Source: Octopus vulgaris (Eukaryota). From it: a stretch of 64,000 nt of DNA. Shown in pieces: positions 1 through 14,474 of the stretch. The notes below the pieces were generated by a model. That model searched no databases. It saw only the letters and a list, made by a program, of their open reading frames with translations, and had not been told where the DNA came from. The translations under genes were made by a program, and so were the position numbers. Location of the stretch: NCBI GenBank assembly GCA_951406725.2, contig OX597825.1:20894001-20958000 (forward strand), written 5' to 3'. Each line of letters opens with the position of its first letter. The stretch's first letter is position 1.

Positions 1-223
1 GTGGATTTGGTAGACGGAAACTGAAAAGAAGCCCGTCGTATATATGCATATGTATATATATGTGATTGTGTGTCTGTATTTGTCTACCTAACATTGCTTG
101 ACAACCGATGCTGGTGTGTTTACGTCAGCGTAACTTAGCAGTTCAGCAAAAGAGACTGATAGAATAAGTACTAGGCTTACAAAGAATAAGCCCTGGGGTC
201 GATTTGCTCGACTAAAGGCGGTG
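1..223 (+). mobile_element. SINE-A (tRNA-derived, CORE-like), 3' part
   Basis: Matches the 3' two-thirds of 54098-54499; AAAAGAGT tail repeats. Confidence 0.85.
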
Positions 224-573
224 CTCCAGCATGGCCGCAGTCAAATGACTGAAACATGTAAAAGAGTAAAAAGAGTAAAGAGTATATACACTCACACACA
301 CACATGTTTAACATGTGGATAAACAATCACATACTCCTACACGTACACACACACATATACACACACACAAATTTGTTTTGTGTGTGTCAGCAAATATTAT
401 GCTGCCATTTACACGCACACACTTATACACCCAGACATACAGACGCATACATGCAGACACACACATACATACACACACAGCTGATTGACACATTTAAAAA
501 GCTTTAACTTCCTACCTTAATTGACACACACTGGCATGTTTGGTTAACATACAACAAACCAACACACACAAAT

Positions 574-611
<38 letters not shown>

Positions 612-1577
612 ACGTACACAAACACATACACACAGATTAATCAATCACTAGAGACTACATACACACAATTTAGCCTGCCTGTAAAGATTACAATACACTC
701 TTGTACACCCACACACACCCACATATATCCACACACAGACACACATTGCTCACCTGTCCACAAAAGCTAAATACATTACGTATACCTGTAAACATACACA
801 CATACATACAAACATATAAACATGCTCATATATGCATACACACATATGTATTCAGTTATACAGACGCAAGTAGATTCACACGCATACGCAAAGAAAAGTA
901 TAGAAACATATACAGCCACCACAATCCCATGCCAAACCCACGGGGCCACAAATACATCAAACATACCTTGCCCTCTACACTTACTTTCCCATATCTCAGA
1001 ATGACACTCCAAACACCCTTGACCCCTTTTCTCGTCATTCTCAGCAAATTATCTGGGTATGGGGATAGCTGTGTGGTAAGAGGTTTGTTTCTCATCTGTG
1101 TGGCTTTGGGTTCAGTTCCACCATGTGGCACCTTGGGAAAATGCTTTTCTACCACACACCTGAGCCAAACAAGGCCTTGTGCATGGATTTGGTAGACAAA
1201 AATTGAAAGAAGCTTATCATGCGTGTGTGTATTTAAATCATCATCATCGTCAACATCATCATCGTTTAACGTCCATCTTCCATGCATAGGTAGGATGATT
1301 GACAGGAGCTGGCCCCCCTGTAGAAAACTACCTAAGACTACTGTGTCTGTTTTAGCTGGGTTTTTACAACTGGATACCCTTCCTAACACCAACCACTCTG
1401 CAGAGTGGACTATAAACACATATATAAATATGTACATAGATACATACATATATATATATAAATATATACATACATACATATATACATAAATATATACATA
1501 CATACATATATATATATATAAATATATACATACATATATACATATATATATAAATATATACATACATATATATATAA

Positions 1578-1610
<33 letters not shown>

Positions 1611-1619
1611 AATATATAC

Positions 1620-1654
<35 letters not shown>

Positions 1655-3478
1655 AATATATACATACATATATATATAAATATATACATACATATATATA
1701 TATAAATATATACACATATATATACATATATAAATATATATATATATATTTATTTATTTGTTTATTTATGTATATTTATTTGTTTATGTATATTTATTTA
1801 TTTATTTATGTATATATAAACATATAAATATATATATGTATATATAAATATATATATATATGTATATATAAACATATATATGTATATATAAATATATATA
1901 TATGTATATATAAATATATATGTATACATATATATGTATAGATAGATATATATGTATATATATATACAAAATAAGAAAATGGAGAAATACACCTTAATCA
2001 ATAATCAACTACCAGATAATACCCATTCACATAATTTATTAACCAACTACATATGAACATCAAGGTCAAACATAATAGTACAGAACAAAAACAGTGCACA
2101 TCAATGAGTAATATGACCTCCCTTCTTTACACTATATGGACACAAACTATGCTGGAAAAACTTTTTTCTGGGGTTAAACAACAGTAACATCGTCCTCATA
2201 CAGGACTGCCACATTCTGTTGGCAAATAAACTTTACTACATATTTATGTATATATATATAAATGTGATGGGCTGATGCCATGTACAAAGCTCCTGTGCTG
2301 GCACCACATGAAAAGCCCCTGTGCTGGCATCCCTTAATAGCACCCATTCTGGTCCCACATAAAAAGCACTCACCACACTCTGTAAAGCAGTTGGCATTAG
2401 GAAGGGCATCCAGCAATAGAAACCAATCCCAATCAGAGTGGAACCTGGAGCAGCTCTCCTGCTTGCCAGCTCAGGTCAAACCATCCAACCCATGCCAACA
2501 TGGAAAACAGGGGTTAAAGGAATATGATGATGATGATGGTGATGATGATGATGATGATGATGCTGACGATGATGACGATGACGATGATGAGGACGATGAA
2601 GATGATGATGATGATGAAGATGATTATGACAATGATGGTGTGGGTGTGTGTGTATGGGTGTTTGTCTATGTCACCCCCACGACTTGACAACTGGTGTTGG
2701 TTTGGTTATGACCCTGTCACTTAACAGTTCAGCAAAAGAGACCAATAGATTAAGTAGCAGATTTTTTTTTTAAAAAGTAACCATTGGAGTCAATTTGTTC
2801 GAGTAAAACCCTTCAAGATGATACCTAAAACTGTTCGTGGTGATGCCCCAGCATGGCCGCAGTCCACAGACTGAAACAAGTGAAATGAAAAAAAAATATA
2901 AAACAAAATATATCCAGGTCACCTGACAACTACTGTTTAACCAAGCAAAACAAACCTTGAATCTTCCTCAAGAACAAGACCTCCGCCTCCTCCTCCTCTC
3001 TTCCCCACCACATCAATTAATGACAAGAAAGTCTTCAGAATCTATCCTTCACTATTTATTCACACAGAAAATACTCAACACCATCTTAAGAAATATCATT
3101 AAGCGCTCGCTCCACCGTACAATAACAACACTTCTGGGAGAAGAAGCGGGGCTTAGAACTTACAAAATGTATCACCACAGGTATCGTACTTCAAGCCAAC
3201 TCTTTGCAACATTTGCTTGTGTAATATTCATACATCTCCACAAAGCATACAAACAGCAAATGGCATCACGTTCGTATCCTCTCTGCCGTTCGCTACACAC
3301 ACTGCTGCACAGCTATTCTCCCCCCTACCGTTCCCAGTTTTATTTGAATCACATAGATGAAACCTGACACCACGACACGCTTCAATTAGCATCCATCAAA
3401 ATCTTACTGGCTCCTTTCTTACCAGCAACACCAGGAACAGTAAATACACCCTACGACATGTCGTGTTCACTGAAGATA

Positions 3479-3872
3479 TCTTTATATATAAAAGTGAAGT
3501 TGTGTGTCTGTCTCCTACAATTTAGATTCCTAACTACTCCCACATTTTGCGGTGCAGTTTAACCAAAACCGGGTATCTTATAGCCGTGATTCATATCGAG
3601 CCCTTCTGGGTATTAGCGCGCATCTACGATAAGTCTACTATTTAAAAAAAAATTTACCATCATTTTTTCCCATTTTAATGCATTTTTTTGCTATTATATA
3701 AGGGAAGTAACTCTCTAAAAATGTATTATTAAATCTCAGAACGTAAAAAGCTACAGTAACACCCCCCTTTGTGGTTAGCCATATTGAGATGGCTATTATA
3801 CTTTACAACTCGAAAAATGCTTATATAGTTATTTCCCTTACAAACCCGAGCAACGCCGGGCGATACTGCTAG
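3479..3872 (+). mobile_element. Non-autonomous Helitron, family 1
   Basis: a|TC...CCCGAGCAACGCCGGG hairpin...CTAG|t, no TSD. Second copy at 51774-52141. Confidence 0.85.
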
Positions 3873-3964
3873 TAAATACTAAGAATAATTATTTGTTACA
3901 TACGACTCCCCTAAAATATTCACAACAAACATAGATAACATAAAAGACATAAAATAATTTACCA

Positions 3965-4325
3965 AATCAAAATCAAAATCAAAATCGATCAACATCAATG
4001 GAATTTGTAGCTGTGATACCAGTGCCGGTGGCACGTAAGAGAACCATCCGAATGTGGCCGTAGCCAGCGCCACCCTGGCTGGCCTCCGTGCCAGTGGCAC
4101 GTAAAAAGCACCATCCGATCGTGGCTGTTTGCCAGCCTCGTCTGGTACGTAAAAAGCACCCACTACACTCACAGAGTGGTTGGCGTTAGGAAGAGCATCC
4201 AACTGTAGAAACACTGCCAGATCAGACTGGGCCTGGTGCAGCCTTCTGGCTTCCCAGACCCCCCCAGTTGAACCGTTCAACCCATGCTAGCATGGAAAGT
4301 GGACGTTAAACCATGATGGTGATGA
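3965..4325 (+). mobile_element. Short retroposon family C (RTE-associated, (GAT)n tail); other copies near 1240, 2300, 4362, 12140, 19375, 22890, 26355, 30455, 62200
   Basis: Repeated GTGCCGGTGGCACGTAAAAAGCACC module, GTTGGCGTTAGGAAG(G/A)GCATCC motif (recalled from RTE 5' UTRs) and tail ...GGACGTTAAAC(GAT)n. Confidence 0.75.
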
Positions 4326-5139
4326 CTTAGAGCAATCAAGTGTGTTTGTGCATGTACATATATCATCATCATCATCATCATCATCGTGGTCATCATCATC
4401 ATTTAACATCTGTTGTCCATGCTGGCATGGGTTGGACTGTTTGACAGGGTTGGTATACTGGAAGGCTGCGCCAGGCTCCAGTCTGATTTGGCATGGTTTT
4501 CTACAGCTGGATGCCCTTCCTAACACCAACCACTCTGAGAGTGTAATGGGTGCTTTTACATGCTACAAGCATGGGTACCATTGTGTGACACTGGGGTGCT
4601 TTTATGTACCACCAGCACAGGTGCCATTTGCGTGTCACTGGTATCTGCCATGACTGATTTTGCTCGGCTTGTTGGGTCTTCTTCTAAAGAATGACAAAAT
4701 GCCAAAGCTCTTGATCATTGCCTCCATGGAACTCAATAGGAACTCAGCCACCTGGCTTTCATGTGGCCCAACACTCAAAAGGAACTCAGCCACTAAGAAA
4801 ATCAACCTTTGAACGTTGGGCCTCACAGAGGCAAAGTGGGTGAGTTCCTTTCAAACAATGAGCTAAGTCGATTACATTGATCCCAGTGTTTAACTGGTAC
4901 TTGTTTTATTGACCCCGAAAGGATGAAAGATAAAGTTGATCCTGGTGGCATGTGAACTCAGAACGTAATGTTTGACGAAATGCTGCTAAGCATTTTGCCC
5001 AGTCCACTAATGATTCTGCTAGCTCACCGCCTTCCTCCTTCTAAAATTTAAAATAGGTTTGCATAGGGTTGACATCTCTACTTAGAAAAAAAGGAAAATT
5101 ACAGAAGCCTCAATGACAATTCAAAACCAACAAGACCTG

Positions 5140-5240
5140 GGAAAGAAAAGCCTTCCCTTAAGAAAGACACCCCTATCCTTTGGAAAGACACCCCTTCCTT
5201 TGGAAAGATGCCCCTTCCTTTGGAAAGACGCCCTTTCCCT
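5140..5240. repeat. 20-bp minisatellite TGGAAAGACACCCCTTCCTT, ~5 units
   Basis: Units in register at 5181, 5201 and 5221. Confidence 0.9.
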
Positions 5241-5595
5241 CAGAGTTGAGAAAAGAAGAGAAAACTCATCAATGGCTGATGATCCATAGGGAATAAAATG
5301 TTTATGTAAGTCAATATTCCAGCGTCCCTTAAATTCATACTGGTTTGCACACAATTAACAATAAGGGTAGAGAGAGCAACAACTATAAGACTCTAACCAT
5401 ATTCAGCTTGCTTGTCTTCAATGTGGTAGCCACAATCAGAAAATGTGTCCAGACTGTCAACTTGCCCCTTCCTTTGCTAAACAATTCAATACTGCATAAC
5501 AGAGTGTTTGGTGTGGTCCTCAATCAGATGAAAATATTGCATAGCAGAGAAGAAGAGCCTCTAGGTTATTTGCTCCTAGATGCACAACATCAGAA

Positions 5596-6021
5596 TTCTT
5601 TTCTACTCTAGGCACAAGGCCTGAAATTTGGGGAGGGGGTCAGTCAATTAGATCGACCCCAGTATGCAACTGGTACTTAATTTATAGACTCCAAACGGAT
5701 GAAAAGCAAAGCTGACCTTGGCGGAATTTGAACTCAGAACGTAAAGTTTGACAAAATGCTCCTAAGCATTTTGCCCGGTGTGCTAACGTTTCTTATTTCT
5801 TTATTGCCCACAAGGGGCTAAACATAGAGGGGACAAACAAGGACAGACAAAAGGATTAAGTCGATTACATCGACCTCGGTGCATTACTGGTACTTAATTT
5901 ATTGACCCCGAAAGGATGAAAGGCAAAGTCGACCTCGGTTTGAACTCAGAACATAATGGCAGATGAAATACCGCTAAGCATTTCCCCCAATGTGCAAACA
6001 TTTCTGCCAGCTCACTGCCTT
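5596..6021 (-). mobile_element. SINE-B head-to-tail dimer of two tail subtypes
   Basis: Two central domains; junction at ~5790. Confidence 0.8.
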
Positions 6022-7074
6022 GCACAACAGCAATATTGGCAAAGAACACTTCTTACACTTCATGAATTTCACTGACCACCACCACTAACAGGGAAGAAAG
6101 AGTATTTAACTGCCACAGCCTCTATTCAAACAGGGTTGGCCTGGGGCCATACAGCAACAGCAATGCCTTCAAAGATTAACAGAAGAGGAAAATCAAAGAA
6201 TCCTTTTGGACATTGCTCAACCTGTAAATGCATCCATTTCACCAATTGCATCAGAGACTTTTGCATCTTTACCAAAATGGTTTACCAACATTGAAATCAA
6301 CAAATTCAGCTTCCTTCATCTTTATGTGCATGTGTGTGCGTGTGTGTGTGTGTGTGTGAGTATGTGTATGTGTGAGTGTGTGTCTGAGATAATGTGTGTG
6401 TGTGAGATTGTGTGAGATGTGTATATATGTGTGAGAGAATGTGTGCATGCATGAATGTGTATGTGTATGTGAGCATGCATGTATATGTGTGTGTGTGAGA
6501 GTTTGTGTATGTGTGTGAGTGTGTGTGCATGTGTATGTGCATGTATGTATGTGTGTGTGCATGTGTGTGTGAGACTGTGTGAGATGCATATGTATGTGTG
6601 AGAGAATGTGTGTGTGCATGCATGCATGTGTATGTGCATGTGAGCATGCATGTGTATGTGTGTGTTAGAGTTTGTATGTAAGCATGTCTGTATGAGAGTT
6701 TATGTATATGTGTGAGTGTGTGTGCATGCGTGTGTGTGTGCATGTATGTATTCGTGTGTGTGCATGTGTGTGTGTGTATGTGTGTGTGTGTGTGTGTGTG
6801 TGATTCTGCTGTCAGAGGGAAGGGACCAAAATTCCTTATTCCTTTGTTAACATGTCCAGGTTGACATTATAACACACATGCAAATAAAATGTATAGAAAA
6901 TACACACACACACACAAACACACATAAACACACACACACACAGTCACATGAATGTATGTATGCAACTACGCTTGTATGTGCCTATACACATATATACATA
7001 ATGACATAATGGTTGTTGACTCCGCATTGGTATCACTGCCACAACCATCAACATTACTGATCTCATCGTTGCCA

Positions 7075-7535
7075 CTACAACCACCACCACCACCACCACT
7101 ACCACCACCACCACCACCACCACCACCACCACCACCACTATCACCACTATCACCACCATCGCCACCACCACCATCACCACCACCACCATCACCACTATCA
7201 CCACCACCACCACCGCCACTACCACCACCACCACTATCACCACCACCACCACCACCACCATCACCACTATCACCACCACCACTACCACCACCACCACCAC
7301 CACCACCACTACCACCACCACCACCACCACCACCACCACCACTACCACCACCACCACCACCACCACTATCACCACTATCACCACCATCACCACCACCACC
7401 ATCACCACTATCACCACCACCACCACCGCCACTACCACCACCACCACTATCACCACCACCACCACCACCACCATCACCACTATCACCACCACCACTACTA
7501 CCACTACTATCACCACCATCGCCACCACCACTATC
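7075..7535. repeat. (CCA)n-based trinucleotide repeat with higher-order duplication
   Basis: ACC/ACT/ATC variant blocks repeated. Confidence 0.95.
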
Positions 7536-8100
7536 CCCATTACCCTCATCATACATGCATCCACCCTGTCACATGATATCACCATTTCCTCTTCCTGTAT
7601 GGTAAGGTAAGGTCAAAAATAATTGACAATAATAGCATCGATACACTCTGAGACGAGCAGAATGATGCAAAGACTAAACTTACCACCAGCACCACCACCA
7701 CCAGCACCACCACCACCGTCCTGCCAACAACAACTCTAGTATCGTCACCAATTCCTCTGACATTACTGCTTCACCAACAACCCAACAAGGGAGGCTCTAT
7801 CTGAAGTCTCAACCTACTAGAAATAGCAGCCAAATCTTAGAATGATACCTTATGGTCTTAATCCCTTAGTTGTTGTGTTTCTCTTGAAATGCATGTGCTT
7901 TATTTCAATTAGATGCAAAAATAATGAAGAATGAGTAAAGTAAAGTAAATTTGTCGTTATTTACCCGATTCAATCTTTGTCTATGAAGGGCTCTGCCCCA
8001 TCAACCTTCTTCCTCCCGACCCCCATTTCATCCCTAACAAAAAGCACTGGTGATGGTGCCGTGTAAAAAGAACTGGGCTTGTGCCACATAAAAAGCACAG

Positions 8101-8339
8101 GTGTCCTTGTTTGTCCCCTCTGTGTTTAGCCCCTTGTGGGTAGTAAAGAAATAGGTATTTCGTCTGCCGTTACGTTCTGAGTTCAAATTCCGCCGAGGTC
8201 AACTTTACCTTTCATCCTTTCGGGGTTGATTAAATAAGTACCAGTTACACAGTGGGGTCGATGTAATCGACTTAATCCTTTTGTCTGTCCTTGTTTGTCC
8301 CCTCTGTATTTAGCCCCTTATGGGCAATAAAGAAATAAG
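8101..8339 (+). mobile_element. 5'-truncated SINE-B dimer
   Basis: Tail of one unit joined to GGTATTTCGTC of the next at ~8154. Confidence 0.8.
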
Positions 8340-8797
8340 ATGCAGAGAGGTTTGTGTATGATGAGTAACTGAGTACAGACTCTTTTATAAAGCTCCCCTT
8401 AACATCATCACAGATCGCATACAGGGCTTGTTATTGCCACAATCATCATCATCATGGTCATTATTGTCATCATCATCGTCATTACCACTGACGTCGTCGT
8501 TGTCGTCATCATCACCACAATCATTGTCGTCATCATCATAAGAGGTCAAGTCTGTTACTGCTACCACACAGACTCTCTCACCACTTACAACATCCTTGTA
8601 ATGAGCTAATGAAGAACTTCTACATGGTCATTCGGTTTACAAGAAATAGCAGCCAAACCACCTCCAAGTCATACTCATCATCTTAGGAAGGGACATAATA
8701 AGACCCTAAGTTCCTTTACAAATTGTAAACCAGAATATAAAAAAAAAACATGATGGTCATATTTGGAAGTCATATTTTTTTAAATAGTATACTGTCT

Positions 8798-9180
8798 CTT
8801 TTTACTTGTTTCAGATATTTGACTGCAGCCATGCTGGAGCACTGCCTTTAGTCGAGCAAATCGACCCCAGGACTTATTCTTTGTAAGCCTAGTACTTATT
8901 CTATGGGTTTCTTTTGCCGAACCACTGAATTACGGGGATGTAAACACACCAGCATCGGTTGTCATGAGATGTTGGTGAGACAAACACAGACTTACAATCA
9001 CACACATATATATATATACATATATACGACAGGCTTCTTTCAGTTTCCGTCTACCAAATCCACTCACAAGGCTTTGGTCAACCCGAGGCTATAGTAGAAG
9101 ACACTTGCCCAAGATACCACACAGTGGGACTGAACCCAGAACTATGTGGTTGGTAAGCAAGCTACTTACCACACAGCCAC
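8798..9180 (-). mobile_element. SINE-A
   Basis: Reverse complement of the 54098-54499 family. Confidence 0.85.
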
Positions 9181-9559
9181 GGTGTGATTTGAGGAATTTT
9201 TGGCTGCTATTTTTTGTAGATCATGTGACCATAAGTCTGCTCAATCAGTTGATCATAGGACTGCTCAAACAGAGCTGACCTGGGGCTAAAGAAGAACAAC
9301 AACAACATCCTAAAAACTATAATCCAACATGGACGTAGCTATATGGTTGTATGCTGTACTAAAAATAGCAGCCAAAACTTCCCAAATCATATCTACTTAC
9401 AAAGATATGGAAAGAACGCGTTAAAATATTCCCAGATGTCCCTAGATATAAAAAGGATGATCATGGTTGGAATGGCTCTAATAAACAACATCTCAGGATA
9501 CTATTATGATACCATCCTGAGGTCAATATCACTCTGACTCAGTCAAGACAAATGTAAAT

Positions 9560-9616
<57 letters not shown>

Positions 9617-9876
9617 ATACTCACACACACACACACACACTCATGTACAAACTATTAACATCTCACCATCCCTCACAAATACCTTGTTATTCTCTCTCTC
9701 TCTCTCTCTGCTCCACTCTCTCTCTCTCTCTCTGCCCCACTCTCTCTCTCTCTCGCTCTCTCTGCCCCCCCCCACTCTCTCTTTCTGTCTCTCACCTTCA
9801 CTCAATTTCCCAAACACTCAACTCACACTCCGCTTCTCCCTCTCTTTTTTTTCTTCTTCTTTACATTCCTCTTCTG

Positions 9877-9936
9877 ACCACCACCACCGCCACCATCACC
9901 ACCAAGTTTGCCATCACTGCCACCACCACCACCACC

Positions 9937-9970
<34 letters not shown>

Positions 9971-10029
9971 CCACCACCACCGCCACCATCACCACCAAGT
10001 TTGCCATCACTGCCACCACCACCACCACC

Positions 10030-10060
<31 letters not shown>

Positions 10061-10220
10061 CCACCACCACCACCACCACCAAGTTTGCCATCACTGCCAC
10101 CACCACCACCACCAACACCACCACCATCATCATCATCATCATCACCACCAAGTTTGCCATTACTGCCACCACCACCACCACCAACAACACCACCACCACC
10201 AACACCACCACCACCACCAA
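9877..10220. repeat. (ACC)n/(ATC)n compound repeat with four CAAGTTTGCCAT anchors
   Basis: Anchors near 9904, 9996, 10080 and 10149. Confidence 0.95.
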
Positions 10221-12659
10221 CATTAATAATCTCCAATGTTTCCATTATCAAGTGAAACACTCCTCCAAAGAATTAAAGTAATGATGACAACAACAACAAT
10301 AACAACAACAACAACGATGACAAGTATATTTTGAAAGACATCAGTTCCCCTAACACCCCCCCCCCCGATGCCACCACCAAACACCAACACTAACACGATG
10401 GAACAATTAAGACCTCATTCAATCCACTAGAAATAACAGTCAGTTTGCCTCGGATGACACTCTAGTATCTTAATAAAAGTAGGAGACAAGCATACCTCCT
10501 ACACCACCACTACCACCACCACCACCTCTATTCCTGAGCCAGTGGTCTCCACTATCGGTGCTAATACTAATGGTACCGTTATGTTCTGAGTTCAAATTCC
10601 ACCGAGGTCGACTTTGCCTTTCATCCTTTCGGGGTCGATTAAATAAATACCAGTTATGCACTGGGGTCGATGTAATCGACTTAATCCGTTTGTCTGTCCT
10701 TGTTTGTCCCCTCTGTGTTTAGTCCCTTGTGGGTAGTAAAGAAATAGGTACTTTATGACATCATTACAACCAGCACCACAACAACTCTACAAACACAAAC
10801 ACCACCACCATCAACACCACTGTCGCCACCACCGCCATCATCACTACCACCATCACCACCATTATCAACAACTCCACTAACATCAACCGCACCACTACCA
10901 CCACCAACTCCACCACCACCAACTCCACCACCACCACCATCGACCCCACCACCGCCACCATTAACCCTATCACCAAATCCACCACCAACATAAGCTTCAC
11001 CTATACCACCACCACCACCACCAACCTCCACCACTACCACCATCAACCCCATTACCAACACCACCATCAACACCAACACCACCATCGACACCACCACCAA
11101 CAACACCAACCCCACCACTACTGCCATCAACCCCATCGCCATCACCACCACTACCACCATCAACACCACCAACACCACCACTATCAAACCCCACCATCAC
11201 CACCAACAAGAACAGTGTCACAAAAACACTATAACCAACACCGCTCTAACCACTACACATTATTTGTGCTACAAATTTCCCACTTAAAAACCAATCCTAA
11301 AAGTCAGCAAAATTCTGTTGTACAGCAAAAGTTGTTATTAAAACAATTAAAACTTGTTTTGTTTTCTTGTTTTCTTGTTTTTGGGGTTTTTTTTTTTTTT
11401 TTTGGTTCAAGTCAATTCTGATCCACAAAAGTGCATAATCTAGTTCTGGGGTGTTCAGCTCATGGGACTGAACTCGAAATGATGGTGCAATGTGTCCTTA
11501 AAGTAAGGTACCTTATTCTATGTTGCTCCTGAAGGAGTGGTACTGTTGACCTGGCACAAACCTGAAATGCAGCTCTGTAATGGCTTCTTTCTGGAGTATC
11601 TTCGTGGCACTATTAACAGATGAGTATCATATTACTTCATCAGTCATTTGTAATGACCTCTTTCTGCATTATTTGATTGACTATGCAAGTGACTAGCGAG
11701 TGTCCTATAATGCAAGAAGTTCTCAGTTCTTACTGATTATTCCTTACCGTCTGACTGCTTTTCCTGCCTTCTTATCCCTAATGACCAACTATTAGGCTTA
11801 GATCTGTCACAAGCCCTAACATTCATAATGCTGGAACTTAACCCTGTTGCTATAGCATATAGGTGACTGAGACTACAACAATCCCTATTGGAGAGGAAAC
11901 CAGTCCATCACAGAGTTAACTCTCCAGCTATTACTGGAACTCATTCACTGCTGAGTGGACTGGAACAGCATGAAATGAAGTGTTTTGCGTATATAAAGTA
12001 GAATCTTAATTTTACTTTAGATGCACAGATGTATAAAAATAAATAGAATGCAATGCACCACTCAGCCTGAGAATCGAAACCATGACCTTATGGTTGTGAG
12101 TGCAATGCCCAAACCACGAGGACACATGTTGTCACCATTTTTACCATAGATGGAGCACCTGTGCCGGTGTCAAGTAAAGAACACCTTTCAAGCCTTGGGC
12201 CTCATGGAATCAATGACAAATGACCTTCAGCAATATGCTATGCTTGAGTAGAAGACCCATCAAGCCAAGGGAAACCATAGTCATGGCAGATACTGGTGTC
12301 ACAGAAGTGACACCCGTGCTGGTGGCATGTAAGAGCACCCATTACACTCTTGGAGCGGTTGGCATTTGGAAGGGCATACAGCCACAATGAAAAAGAAAAA
12401 AACCCATGCCAAATCAGACTGGAATCTGGTGCAGCCCCTCAGCTTACCAGCTCTGGTCAAACTGTCCAAGCCATGCCAGTATGGACAATGGACGTTAAAT
12501 GATGATTATGATGTGGAGGAGGAGGGGGGAAGAGGAGGAGGAGGAAGAAGAGAGGAGGAGCAGGAGCAGGAGGAGGAGGAGGAAGAGGGAGAGGAGGAAG
12601 AAGAGAGGAGCAGGAGAAGGAAGAGGAAGAGGAGGATGAGGAGGTGGAGGGGTGGAAGC

Positions 12660-13000
12660 TGAGTCAATACCTATAGTTGGTGCCTCTGTTGGGTCTACTT
12701 GGGTGATCCCTTTCTTTCCATGGGCTCTCTTCATTAAGTAACCACTTCCAGTAATATTTCCACACTCGCATCCTTTACAGCACCAGTGAGGGTGAATGTA
12801 CTGCTATTACTAGGAACACACATCCTAATTCAGAAGAACACACTGCTTTGCAATACGGAACACCTCACACATCTGATCCTCATTTTGCCAAACATTGCCA
12901 AACAAACACAAAACATCTTACTTTCTACTTCTCTCCATGTTGTGAATACACTTCACATCTAGCTCCTCTCTTAGCTATGTAAAGAGTCTTCCTTACCCAA
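12660..13000 (-). mobile_element. Decayed RTE-clade LINE ORF fragment (linker between endonuclease and RT)
   Basis: Broken minus-strand peptides EVFRIAKQC and VDPTEAPTIGID resemble RTE ORF segments (recall); many disablements. Confidence 0.5.
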
Positions 13001-13059
13001 CACCTTTTTTTTTTCTTTACTCCTCTAGGCTTGTGTCTCGGTGTTTATCTATACAAATA

Positions 13060-13171
13060 TAGAGAGAAAAACATACATAGATGCACACATACACATAAAC
13101 ACACACATCCACATATACATATATATATATTTTTTACATGTGTGGGTATGTGTTTATTATATGTATATGTA

Positions 13172-13245
<74 letters not shown>

Positions 13246-13303
13246 TTTATATATGTAATATATGTTTATATACATACATATATATATATGCATATATGTA
13301 TGC

Positions 13304-13351
<48 letters not shown>

Positions 13352-13407
13352 ATATATATATATATATATGTATATGTATGTATATAAACATATATTACAT
13401 ATATGAA

Positions 13408-13441
<34 letters not shown>

Positions 13442-13558
13442 CATGTGTGTGTATATATATGTTTAGATATATATATATGTATATGAACACATGCTCACAT
13501 ATACACAAATATTAAATGCACATATTGTGTATGTGATGTGTATATATATATACATATG

Positions 13559-13600
<42 letters not shown>

Positions 13601-13605
13601 TACAC

Positions 13606-13656
<51 letters not shown>

Positions 13657-14084
13657 TGCACATAAATATATACATATATGTATATGTGTGTGTGTGTCTA
13701 TTCATATATATATACAGGGTGATTCAAAAATCACCATACATAGGAAAAATTAATTCTTTATAAGAAACAGCTAAATAAAAAAAAACTGCATCTTATATAA
13801 GAAATAACTAAATAAATTTTTCTTATGTATGGCAACTTCTGAATCACCCTGTATATACACAAACAGATGCATGTGTGCATGCACACACATTTATAATATA
13901 TAATGTTCAGTTACTAAAATATGTGTGTCAGTGGAACTCTTCACATCTGTGCATATGTATTTGAGCAACAAAAGTTTGGATAACTTAGATTTCATGAAAA
14001 TTGTCAGTTTTATAAATATGTAGGTGGGTGTGTTTATATTTATGTATATACACATGTGTGCAGATATGTGTGTATGTGCATGTG

Positions 14085-14131
<47 letters not shown>

Positions 14132-14161
14132 ATATATATATACACACACATATATATACAT

Positions 14162-14192
<31 letters not shown>

Positions 14193-14371
14193 CATATATG
14201 AATATATAAATCAACAAGTACATGTGTGTACATGTGCATGTATATATATATGTATACACACACACATACATACACACATATATATATATATATAAATATA
14301 CACACGTACACACAAATATATACATAAAGATATATATATATATATACATACATACATATTTATATATATAA

Positions 14372-14432
<61 letters not shown>

Positions 14433-14439
14433 CATATTT

Positions 14440-14474
<35 letters not shown>

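Noticed and set aside
856-2001. Long Ile/Tyr-rich ORFs here and in all (TA)n/(TG)n fields
   Set aside because: Dinucleotide microsatellite translations.
6170-6325. Coding-looking open frames on both strands (also 5400-5480 and 38068-38295)
   Set aside because: No homology I can recognise and no convincing paired splice sites.
6944-7605. Poly-Pro, poly-Gly and poly-Val ORFs of ~200 aa (formin/extensin-like appearance)
   Set aside because: Pure (CCA)n microsatellite open in several frames on both strands; no flanking domain.
9643-11221. Thr/His/Pro/Gly-rich ORFs
   Set aside because: Trinucleotide repeats lacking stop codons; the same applies to 24774-25447.
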